Assembly (NCBI GenBank): GCA_964016885.1
Contig: OZ024756.1
Location: forward strand, 29,326,001-29,390,000
Origin: Eledone cirrhosa
Taxonomy: Eukaryota
Direction: 5' to 3'
DNA: 64,000 nucleotides
Below the pieces are notes generated by a model that was not told the origin of the DNA, ran no database searches, and saw only the letters and a list, made by a program, of their open reading frames with translations. Of the stretch, positions 52,403 to 64,000 are shown piece by piece. Each line of letters starts with the position of its first letter. Within the stretch, counting starts at the first letter, position 1. The translations under genes were made by a program, and so were the position numbers.

Positions 52403-53666
52403 CTGTAAAGAGAAATAAATCACAAATAATTATAGGTAAAAAATTCTCCAGTCATGCTAAGGACAGGGTGACCTCTCTAGTGCTGGTGCCATGATAAAAT
52501 ACACCCAGTACACTCTGTAAAGTGGTTGGTGTTAAGGAAAGTATCCAACCATAGAAGTCATGTCCAAAATTAAAAAGGGTTGAAAAAATTCTTCAGCCAT
52601 GTCAAGGACATGGCAACTACTCTGATGTTGGTGCCATGATAAAATACACCCAGTACACTCTGTAAAGTGGTTGGTGTTAAGGAGGCCATCCAACCAAAGA
52701 AGCCATGTAAAAACTGAAGCATATATGCAAGCAAGATGTGGCTCCCGGTCTGTCTAGGAGGATAGTAGGTATTTATCGAAAAACCTTCTATCAAAATTTT
52801 ATCTTAGTTAAGTTATATTCCAAATAATTTGATAACGAAAAAATTAGTTATTTTGCATCACCACCAACAACAACACCTTCCCACACCACCAACACCACCA
52901 TGAACAACAACAACAACAGCACCAACACCAACACCAACACTCACTCTAGCAATAATGACTCAATCTGAAAGCATTAAGACTAGGCTTCTATATATAGCCA
53001 GTCTTTATATATATACACATAACCTTTTATTATATATAATCTCAGCTAGTCTTTTATATGTATATAGTTTTATAGCCAAATACTCAGAAGGTTTATTCAT
53101 GCACAAACACTATAAACAGCATTCTAGTTAGGTCATAGAATATATACTACACTATAGCATATATAGAATATATTATACTATATTTTATATCTAACCCTAG
53201 CTAGCAAGGAGAACAGACATTAAATGATCATAATATATTATTGTCAGGTCATAGAAATAGTTTTATATTACAAATTATATATTATACTATGAAACTGGAA
53301 AATATAGTCACCACAATGCAGATAACCACAAATAATTGAATAAATCGGGTAAAGTACCCCTGGAGATGGTAAAACTCCAAGTAATCAAACCAAGAGATGT
53401 GTGATTCGATTCTCCACAGACGTCTCTGTTTTAATGGATTTATCTAACTATTCAATTTATAGCTATCAGTTATATTATTATAGTTATCTGCACTGTGGCG
53501 AGTATATTTTCATATTTCGAAATTTCTCAATGCTTAACCTGTCAACTAATCTTGTTTATATTATATACTGTATTATATTACACTATACTATATATTACAT
53601 ATATTATCCATCAAACCCATGCAAAAAAGGAAAATGGACACAAAACAGGGATGATTACTGAATCAT

Positions 53667-53710
<44 letters not shown>

Positions 53711-53787
53711 AATTTAATATCTATTTTCCTCACTGGCAAGGGTTGGATGGATCTACGTAGACCAAGTTAGTATGTTATGTATGTATA

Positions 53788-53862
<75 letters not shown>

Positions 53863-54466
53863 ATGTATAAAATAATTATACAATATATTTAAATACAGAC
53901 ATTATATCATATATATTATATTATGAATTATTAAATGATAAAAGTGATAGAAACAACCAGCAACATTCAGTAAATGCTGGAACAATTAATTTCAGCTAAA
54001 ATATGCGAACAATAGACAGGAATTTTACCACCCCTGCCCTCACTACTCCCAAAAAATGTAATTAAGTTTGGCAGAGATGACAGACAGACAGGTGTGAAAG
54101 TAATAGCTAGATTACATACAATATATTATATTATAAAGCTGTCTTCTTTACAACACAGTTGAATCTCTGTGTTGTTGGTGGTGGTTGTTGATTGGTGTTG
54201 CTGTTGTTGTTGTTGATGATGATGGTGGTGGTTGTCTTTAGGTAGTGGAATTATTATATTTTAGTTTAATAAAATACTGCAGTGTGTAGCATAGTCAAAA
54301 TATTCATATGTGTGTGTGTGTGTATATATATATATATACACACACATACACACACATACATATATATATATATAGTTTGCAAAAGATGCACAACTGGTGA
54401 AGAAACGAAACAAGCACACACAATCATCATCCTCTTCCTTCTCCTTTTCACATCTAATATCCTAGC

Positions 54467-54499
<33 letters not shown>

Positions 54500-55018
54500 C
54501 TATTTCAGTTTCAATAAGCCATTATCATGAAATCTAAGACCTATAGAAGTGAATAGAAATATGGAATATTTAAATATTTAATATTTCTGCATAGATTTCA
54601 CATATTCCATGATTAAGGCATTTATTGAAGTTGGTAGATGGAATATATTTATTTTTCATTCATTCTCTTCTCCTTCACCACCACCATCATCATCATCATT
54701 ATCACTACCACTGCAACCAACATCATCACACCCACTACCATCACCACTACAACCACCACCATTACAATCATCATCACCACTACCACCACCACCTCCTCCA
54801 CCTCCACCACCATCATTACTACCACAAGCATCATTACACCCACTACCACCACTGCAACCAACATCATCACACCCACTACCATCACCGTCCCCTCCACCAT
54901 CACTACCATCACCATCTCCACCACCACTACCACAATCCCCACCACCACTACCACCATGCAAGCATGGAAAAATGGGCGTCAAATGGTGATGGTATATATA
55001 TATATATATATATGTATG

Positions 55019-55103
<85 letters not shown>

Positions 55104-55953
55104 ATAATAGTGTGTAAAATCGAAGCTTGCAGCGGCGATTAGTATTTTTCGAAATCAATCTTCTGAGGCTGGCACGAAGCACTGAATAAGGTGATATCGA
55201 TAAATCGATAAATAAATCATAGCCCCCAGTAATAACAATACGTTAGAGGTGTGACACAGTTCAAATAATGGCCGGAGAGATGTTGCCACATAGCCACTAC
55301 AACAACGAAAATACAAACGGCTTAAAGAAGGGCATCCAGCTGTAAAAAACCCTGGTCAAACTTTTTACAGTTCCTTCTCGACAAGGGCGACTCATCAGAT
55401 CAGGCCTTGCGAGCATGAAAAAATGGATATTAAACGGTGGTGGTGGTGGTGATGACGACGATGGTGATGGTGATGATAATGATGATGATGATGATGATGG
55501 TGGTGATGGTAATGATGGTGGTGGTGGTGATGGTAATGATGGTGGTGGTGGTGATGATGATGATGATGGTGATGCTGCTGCTGGTGATAATGGTGAGGAT
55601 GATGATGATGATGATAATGGGGATGGTGTTGATGATGGTTATGATGACGGTGATGATAATGATGCTGGTGATGATAATGATGATGGTGATGGTAATGATG
55701 GTGGTGGTGGTGATGGTAATGATGGTGGTGATGATGGTGATGATGATGATGATGATGATGATGCTGCTGCTGGTGATAATGGTGAGGATGATGATGATGA
55801 TGATAATGGGGATGGTGTTGATGATGGTTATGATGATGATGCTGGTGATGATAATGATGATGGTGATGATAATGATGATGGTGATGATGATGATGGTGAT
55901 GATGATGATGGTGATAATGATACAATTCCATAAAACTGGAAAGACCTACTTAC

Positions 55954-55992
55954 TCATCATCTGTATCTTCATTTTTCAAAAGTTTCTTTTCA
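55954..55992 (-). CDS. 39-nt exon of minus-strand gene (EKKLLKNEDTDD)
   Basis: Acceptor cttttttactttttccag, donor gtaagt, phase 2-2. Confidence 0.75.
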
Positions 55993-56238
55993 CTGGAAAA
56001 AGTAAAAAAGCAGAAAAGATTAAGAAACAAAATAAAATAGAAACAAAAATAGTATACGCCCCTCCCCCACTTTAAAAAAAAAATGATAGTCAAGAAGATA
56101 TAATATATCAATATAGGGACACACACACATAATAAGGGTTTTTTAAGGGCAAATTTCTCTGTTATTTCCTTCATGATTAGTTGCTATGGCACTGAATTAA
56201 TCCATCATTCTGCTGTCAATCTCCACATGGTGGCTGAA

Positions 56239-56272
<34 letters not shown>

Positions 56273-56362
56273 GGAAAAGAGTCAGGACCCCAACGGCTGA
56301 GCTCCGGCCATTTCGACAGCTAGATCCGTTATGGTCCACCTGGTATCTTACCACACCCTCTT

Positions 56363-56433
<71 letters not shown>

Positions 56434-56435
56434 AC

Positions 56436-56738
56436 AATCGAAAGGTTGTGAGTTCAATTCTCAGACCGGGTGATGTGTTGTTTCCTTGAGCAAGACACTT
56501 TATTTCACATTGCTCCAGTTTACTCAGCTGCAGAAATGAGATGATAGGGACTGGGGTCCCTATTATTCCACTACAAAGTGGTCGTGGAGGTGCCACGGCA
56601 AAAAAGCACCCAGCACTCACTGTAAATGAGGTTGGTGTTAGGAAGGGCATCCAGCTGTAGAAATCAAGCCAGAATCAGTTCCCGTCCTACCCTTGCAAGC
56701 AGGGAAAAGTGGACGTAAAAGGAAATGATGATGATGAT
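56436..56738 (+). mobile_element. SINE family A, 5'-truncated
   Basis: Same sequence as the other copies. Confidence 0.85.
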
Positions 56739-56819
56739 ATATATATTGTTATACTTTAACAATATCGGTTTCACCACATATTTTCAGATAAAGAATCTTG
56801 CTAAACAAATTCAGAAACG

Positions 56820-56857
<38 letters not shown>

Positions 56858-57132
56858 TTCAAGAGTAACCAATCTTAAAGAGAGAGATGGAGATAGGAGA
56901 GATGTTAATTATTTTCAACTGAACCAGATCAATAATGATATATAGTTATTTGATCCAGAAATATTATATGGAGTAGCAAAACAATTGTAAACGGACATTA
57001 TTATTATTAATATTATTATTATTAATATTATTATTATTATTCTCTACATTCCTTACATCAAACTAAAATATGTTGACAATCTTTTAATAATGTCTTCCTT
57101 GTGAAATTTGTGGTCCTGTTTTGCTTAACTAA

Positions 57133-57180
<48 letters not shown>

Positions 57181-57194
57181 TACACATTAAGAGA

Positions 57195-57266
<72 letters not shown>

Positions 57267-57415
57267 ATGGACCATATATCTCATGGATATAAGGTCCTTT
57301 AACTCTCTCTCTATATATATATATACATATGTCTCTTAATTTTGAATTATCATGGCTCTGGACATAGTCTACTGAGCACAAAAATCAAACATATTTGATG
57401 TTTTGATACTTCATA

Positions 57416-57489
<74 letters not shown>

Positions 57490-58315
57490 AGAAATCAATT
57501 GATAATTCACTCTATGGTAACTCAGAGTTTCATACAAGTAAGGTATGCATGTGATCTGTCAGAAAATATATGATGAATAGTAGGTAATTTTCATTGGTTA
57601 AGGCAAGTCACATGGCCAAATACATACATACATATATATATATTATATAGTTTGCTGGACCAATTATATTGTAAGGGAAACTACTCAATGAGAGGCCTGT
57701 AGTGATCAAGGGGTAACAACTCTGCATTGCCCATGAGATCTGAACACTATAGCTGTATAGTAAAAGCTGTTCTACTAAAGGCATGTGGAATTTATCCAGC
57801 AGAAATTTTCTCCAATGATAGTAATAGAAGAATATTTCTGATCTCCAAATAAGTGAGGCTGCTGGCTGCTTTAATCCTTTTAATGCCAAACAGATCAAAT
57901 CTAACCCTGATTTTACAATAACCCCTCCGTGACCCCATCCCCAATATATTCTAAAATATACTCCTCTTCCTTTGCCAAACCCACTTTGGGAACCACTGCT
58001 CTACACAGAACAGATTAACAGTTCCAATGTGATGGCTTCTGTGTTCCTATCAACCACAGACAAGGCAAATTGTCACGGCTGCCTTAACCCTCTACACATA
58101 AGAGATCAAGGAAATATAATGAACCACCAATAAAAGAAAACAGCAAGTAGGAGACAAATGAAACAATTTGGAAACAAACAATTTTTGTGATTTCCTCTCC
58201 CCATCCCAGGAAGCAGAAAAAGACAGATTCACAAGCAAAATAAAGACATGCATTTACATTGAATATAGGAAGTATGGGTAATTAGGTAAGAAGTAAGAAA
58301 CAATAGAGTAAAGAT

Positions 58316-58736
58316 TGTAGAGCACTCTTCAGAGTTTAAACCACACACAATAGACTAGAGCATCTGTAGAGCACTCTTCAGAGTTTAAATCACATACAAT
58401 ATACTAGAGCATATGTAGAGCACTCTTCAGAGTTTAAATCACATACAATATACTAGAGCATCTGTAGAGCACTCTTCAGAGTTTAAATCACACACAATAT
58501 ACTAGGGCATCTGTAGAGCACTCTTCAGAGTTTAAATCACACACAATATACTAGAGCATATGTAGAGCACTCTTCAGAGTTTAAACCACATACAATATAC
58601 TAGAGTATATGTAGAGCACTCTTCAGAGTTTAAACCACATACAATATACTAGAGCATCTGTAGAGCACTCTTCAGAGTTTAAATCACACACAATATACTA
58701 GAGCATCTGTAGAGCACTCTTCAGAGTTTAAACCAC
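58316..58736. repeat. 49-bp minisatellite, about 8.5 copies
   Basis: Unit tgtagagcactcttcagagtttaaatcacatacaatatactagagcata. Confidence 0.93.
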
Positions 58737-58789
58737 TATACAGAAACAACACATTAATATTTCTATGAAAAATATTCTGGTCAAAATTT

Positions 58790-58885
<96 letters not shown>

Positions 58886-60048
58886 AAGATAGATGGATGG
58901 ACAGATATATATGTGCATGTGTATATTGTATTTCAATGGAAGGTGAAACTTGGTAAATAACTACAATGAGTTTCTGGTTTCAGGCAACAATTAAGTCATC
59001 TACTAGTAGATAGTCAAACCTTAGTCTTTCTCTCTCTGATCGATCGACAAGATCCCAGACCTCATTTGCTTGCTGAGTGGGGTGGACCTCGTCAAATCGG
59101 ACCAAGGAAACAATGTTTCCATTGGTTTTTCCATTGCTGATATTATCTACTGGTTGCAACTTTTGGCAGAAGGAGCAATGTGAAATAAAGTGTATTGCTC
59201 AAGGACACAATGCATCACCGGTGTGCTTAGTCATGTGGCTTAGTAATTAGAGAGTTGGATACGCAAACATGAGGTTGCGAGTTCAATTCTCGGGTATTAG
59301 TATTTAGTCACATATTATAAGGTTTAGCATGATGTTTAGTTGTTAATTTAGTTCACATTTACAGTTTTAAAAGAGCAGATTTGATAGAGATTGAAGCATT
59401 AACATTGAGAAAAAGAGATAAAGAGAGATTTATGAAAAAAAAAATTTTTTTTTTAAAATATACAACAAAGAAAAAACAAAAACAAAACGAACAAAAAACA
59501 AGCAAACAATGTTGATTAAAAAAACCTTATTTCACATAACAGGGATTAATGTGTAATATAGATATTAGTAGAACAACAACTAAATACACAATAGCAGTTA
59601 TGACAATGATAAAAGAAACAAGTGGTTAGTGTATATGTAAGTGTACGTGTATGTATGTATGTGGTAATGTGTGTGTGTATGTATGCATATGTGTATGTAT
59701 GCATATGTATGTATATGTGTATGTACGTATGTATGTATATGTGTGTGTATGTATGTATATGTGTGTGTATGTGTATATGTATGTATGTATATGTTTGTGT
59801 ATGTATTTGTATTGTATATATTTATTTATAAGTTAGTAATTTGGTGAACATTCAACAGACAGAGAGAACACAATGCTGGCAGAAGAGTTTGAAGGGATCT
59901 TTACCATTATACAGTACCAAAGTGTTTTATTTTATTTTATTTTATTTTATTTTATTTTTTTTTTCTACTTGAGTTTCATGCCAGCCATATTGTAATTTTG
60001 ACCAAAGAATTGCTAACATGAAACTCGAGTGGTTTAACTCACTGGTAC

Positions 60049-60103
<55 letters not shown>

Positions 60104-60247
60104 ATGATGATATACATACATATATATATACATATATATATACATATATATATACATACATATATACATATATATATACACATATATATATATATATAAT
60201 ATTAAAATACAAATATTAATAAAATAGATGTTCTTTTGATGAATTAA

Positions 60248-60300
60248 ATTTTATTATACATATTTCAGAGGTACAACAGTACATCCTCATCAGACAAAAT
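60248..60300 (-). ncRNA. Type I hammerhead motif (family gamma, shortened stem II)
   Basis: attttgt CTGATGA ggatgtactgttgtacctct GAAATATGTATA ataaaat. Flanks are homologous to the 17.9-kb copy. Confidence 0.6.
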
Positions 60301-60400
60301 ATAATGATACATGGCATACCCTGAGATGTTAAATGGTTAAGATTTAATCTACTGTAAAACTTATTCTTTGATGTACTCATTGAATCTTGTTTAACTCTTT

Positions 60401-60432
<32 letters not shown>

Positions 60433-60539
60433 CACACATACAGAGAGAGAGTGTGAGAGAAAGAGACAAAGAGAGAGTGTGAGCTGTTGTAAATGCAGAT
60501 GCAATTGGTAAAAGCATAAATCAATAAAGTGATAAAGTT

Positions 60540-60583
<44 letters not shown>

Positions 60584-60689
60584 CTTGTGTCATAGTTTCC
60601 ACACTTGGGACAGATCATCAGCAAGTCAGTTAAGATATAATATCAACTTTGTGAGTTGAGATCGCAAATGTTGTAAGCTTCATTACCAC

Positions 60690-61200
60690 CACCGGCAGTA
60701 CCAACTTCCAGAATGAGGTGGGTGGTGCTTTTCACCATAGTACCAGTAATACCACCTTACAGGGTGGACTGGGTGCTTTTTCCCATAGCAAGAGCAGTAC
60801 TACCTTCCAGAATGGGGTGAGTGCTTTTCACCATAGCACCTGTAATACCACCTTACAAGGTGGACTGGGTGCTTTCCCCCATAGCACTTGTAATACCACC
60901 TTACAAGGTGGACTGGGTGCTTTCCCCCATAGCACTTGTAATACCACCTTACATCACCATAGCACCTGTAATACCACCTTACAGGGTGGACTGAATGGGG
61001 CTTTTTTTTGTCCTGGAACCAGTTCTACCACTTTACAGAATGGACTGGGTGCTTTTATTTGTCATGGTACCAGCAGTACCACTTTACAGGGTGGACTGGG
61101 TACTTTTTTTTTTTGTCATAGAACCAGTACTACCACCTTACAGGTTGGACTGGGTGATTTTCTTCATCACGGCACAAGCTGTACTACCCCCTTACAGAAT
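60690..61200. repeat. Degenerate SINE-related tandem repeat, about 48-bp unit
   Basis: Recurrent accaccttacagggtggactgggtgcttt. Confidence 0.8.
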
Positions 61201-61935
61201 GAGCTGCGTGTTATTTTTTCGTTTGTTTATTTTTCTTTGCCACAGCACCATCAGTACCAGTCCTTCAAAGGAATTACTTACTCACGGAGTGGGGGGTGAG
61301 GGGAGCAGGTAAATCTAAAATATTTTCCAAAAAAAATTTTGAACTGAAAGTTGACAACAGATAGAAGTACAATTTTCAGATCTCAAGTTTAGAACAATTT
61401 AGCTTGCGATGAAGAAGAAGAAGGAAAAGAAGAAGGAGAAGGAGGAGAATGAGAGGGAGAGGAAGAAGAAGAAGAAGAAGAAGAAGAAGAAGAAGAAGAA
61501 GAAGAAGCAGAAGAAGCAGAAGGAGAAGAAGGAGAAGAAGAAGGAGAAGGAGAAGGAGAAGAAGGAGAAGAAGAAGAAGGGGGAGGAGGAGAAGAAGAAG
61601 AAGAAGAACAACAACAACAACAACAACAACAACATCAACAACACAAGGGTAATATCATTTATGACAATCAGTGTACTGAGACATAACGAATATGGAAGAT
61701 GCCATTAAATATAAACATGCAATGCTTATTTCCAAAATCCCAATATAATATATATATAGTATATATATACACACACAGATGTATATATATAGAATATCAA
61801 TATATATATATATATATATATATATAGTATATATATATATTGATGTTCTGGTTTTTCCATTAACAAAATAAGCAGACGACGATGTGAAGGAGGAGGAGGA
61901 GGAGGAGGATGAAGTGGGGCGAGGGGACATCTTAC

Positions 61936-62028
61936 TCTGTAACTCCCTCCTCTGTGGCAGCTTCCTTGTTCTCCTCGCCAGCTTGGTCTGCCTCCTCTTT
62001 CTTGCCTGTTAGTAGAGTGGTCTCTTGA
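61936..62028 (-). CDS. Internal exon of unidentified minus-strand gene (QETTLLTGKKEEADQAGEENKEAATEEGVT)
   Basis: Donor GA|gtaag at 61935. Acceptor catgctcag gives a 93-nt phase 2-2 exon. Alternative acceptors giving exon starts at 62005 or 62192 are also in frame. Confidence 0.65.
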
Positions 62029-62499
62029 CTGAGCATGGTGAAATGCATCACGACACGACGCAGCAGCAATGGCAGGGACACCGTGGTGGCATTTATGTGA
62101 TGAGATGGCACAAAGAAAGCAGAGGAGGTGGAGGAAGAGAGGAAGGGCAAAAAAAGGAAGGAATAATGGTCAATGAAATATAATGTCAGAAACTGTTTGA
62201 AATAATATCAACAAAAAATAAAATAAATGAATAAATAAATTAAAAAAAGAAAAAAAAAGATGAATAATGAAAGGAAGGGATACAAAAAAACACCACAACC
62301 ACAATAAAACACAATAGACAGTAACAACAACACCACAATAACAAAACAACAACAATAGTCAAATACTACACAACAAAACAACAGTAGACAATGACACAAA
62401 AATATATTAGGGTCTTGGAATGTATTTCTTTTTTATGTTGACTGACAAAGAAAAGGACTTAAAGCCTCTGTTTATTGCAACCAACTCAAGTAAGATCAC

Positions 62500-62705
62500 C
62501 ACCACCTCTGGTTCTAGGGTATAAAACTGTCCGCTACCACCCCTGGTTCTAGGATATAATATTATCTGAAACCACCCCTGGTTCTAGGGTATAATACTCC
62601 CTGAAACTACTTCTGATTCTAGGGTATAATACTGTCTGAAACCACCCCTGATTCTAGGATATAATACTGTCTGAAACTACCCCTGGTTCTAGGGTACAAA
62701 ACTGT
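62500..62705. repeat. 35-bp tandem repeat, about 6 copies
   Basis: Unit accacccctggttctagggtataatactgtctgaa. Confidence 0.85.
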
Positions 62706-63174
62706 TTATATTTACCTGGTTTTATGTGCAAACATTTTGTTAAGTAATCAGCTTAATTATATGGAATTAAGTTATATTTCTAAAACCATCCAATTAGTTT
62801 TATTATTTTCAAAAGTCAACTGAGGCACATTAGCGGTATGAAATATGCTAACAAATCGCTAAATACCGAAGCAAAAAAAGAGAAAAAAAAAGCCCCCCTC
62901 CCCCTTTTTTAAAAGAAAAACCCATCTAAATTCCACCAAATTAACAATTATATTTGCAAAATATATAACTAAGACACATGTGTGGGTGTATTTATGTTAG
63001 AAATATGGTGATGAAAGGATAGCAATTTAAAATTTATGAATGTGCTTATTTTAAAAACCTTCCTAAATTCGTGCCACAAGTTACAACTATGTAATTTAAT
63101 TTTGATAACGAGCAACTGACGAGTTATTCCATTAACACCTTGTCAATGGAAGAGATATATAAAGGAGACAGATG

Positions 63175-63745
63175 TGGGGTGGTGTGGTAGAGTGGGGTGT
63201 GGTGTGGTGTGATGGAGTGTGGAGTGGTGTGGAGTGTGGTGTAGTGGAGTGTGGTGTGATGGAGCATGGTGTGGTGTGATGTGGTGGAGTGTGGTGTGGT
63301 GTGGTGGAGTGTGGTGTGTTGTGGTGTGATGTGGTGGTGTGTGATGTAGTTTGGTGTGGTGGAGTGTGATGTAGTGTGGTGTGGTGGAGTGTGGTGTGTT
63401 GTGGTGTGATGTGGTGGTGTGTGATGTAGTGTGGTGTGGTGGAGTCTGGTGTGTTGTGGTGTGATGTAGTGTGGTGTGTGGTGTTGTGTGGTGGTGTGTG
63501 GTGGTGTGTGGTGTAGTGTGGTGCAGTGTGGTGTGGTGGAGTGTGGTGTGTGATGTAGTGTGGTGTGGTGTGGTGGAGTGTGGTGTGATGTGGTGGTGTG
63601 TGGTGTGTTGTGGTGTGATGTGGTGTGGTGCAGTGTGGTGTGGTGGAGTGTGGTGTGTGATGTAGTGTGGTGTGGTGTGTGATGTAGTGTGGTGTGGTGT
63701 GATGTGGTGGTGTGTGATGTAGTTTGGTGTGGTGGTGTGGGGAGT
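63175..63745. repeat. (GTGTG/GTG)n low-complexity tract
   Basis: Directly visible. Confidence 0.9.
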
Positions 63746-64000
63746 GGCTTTCACTATAACATTGAAAGATTTATAAGAGAAACAGTATCTATCCATTAAC
63801 AAAAGCTCAACACATTGACAACTACACTACATTAAGTTCATTAAATGGGATTACATAAAAATAACTTTAAAGATAAACTAAACCCCCATCACCCCCCAAC
63901 ACCGTTATCCCATCCCTGCCACCCCCATATGATATATATCTTTTCTTTTTTTTTTTGTTATGAATTTGGAAAACTACCAATTATGGAAAACTTTACAAAT

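Noticed and set aside
54609-56075. His-, Met-, Gly/Asp- and Pro-rich ORFs (also 49489-50142 and 63143-63802)
   Set aside because: Trinucleotide low-complexity tracts, partly expanded SINE (GAT)n tails, lying in introns.
61399-61708. Lys/Arg/Phe-rich ORFs
   Set aside because: (GAA/GGA)n and (CAA)n microsatellite.

Overview
AT-rich, microsatellite-saturated eukaryotic DNA. The SINE types and (TA)n density fit an octopus or other coleoid cephalopod genome; this is an inference. Nearly all ORFs in the supplied track are simple-repeat artefacts. Two convergent spliced genes can be built from splice sites and phases: (1) a 7-coding-exon, 340-aa type I membrane protein on the + strand (15939-32906) with signal peptide, two Ig domains, a TM helix and a Tyr-motif tail; (2) the last four exons of an unidentified - strand gene (about 62028 to 49502) encoding a D/E/K-rich tail ending KDPEKV*. 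The rest is tRNA-derived SINEs (two families), RTE-type LINE fragments, a non-autonomous Helitron, TTAA- and TA-flanked MITEs, and minisatellites. The most striking feature is a dense set of type I hammerhead ribozyme motifs (11 with an intact core, about five sequence families, plus decayed and half copies). They sit in short elements embedded in (TA)n, often inside fold-back palindromes whose turn points lie at the ribozyme. All RNA structures were read by eye, repeat boundaries are approximate, and no activity is demonstrated.
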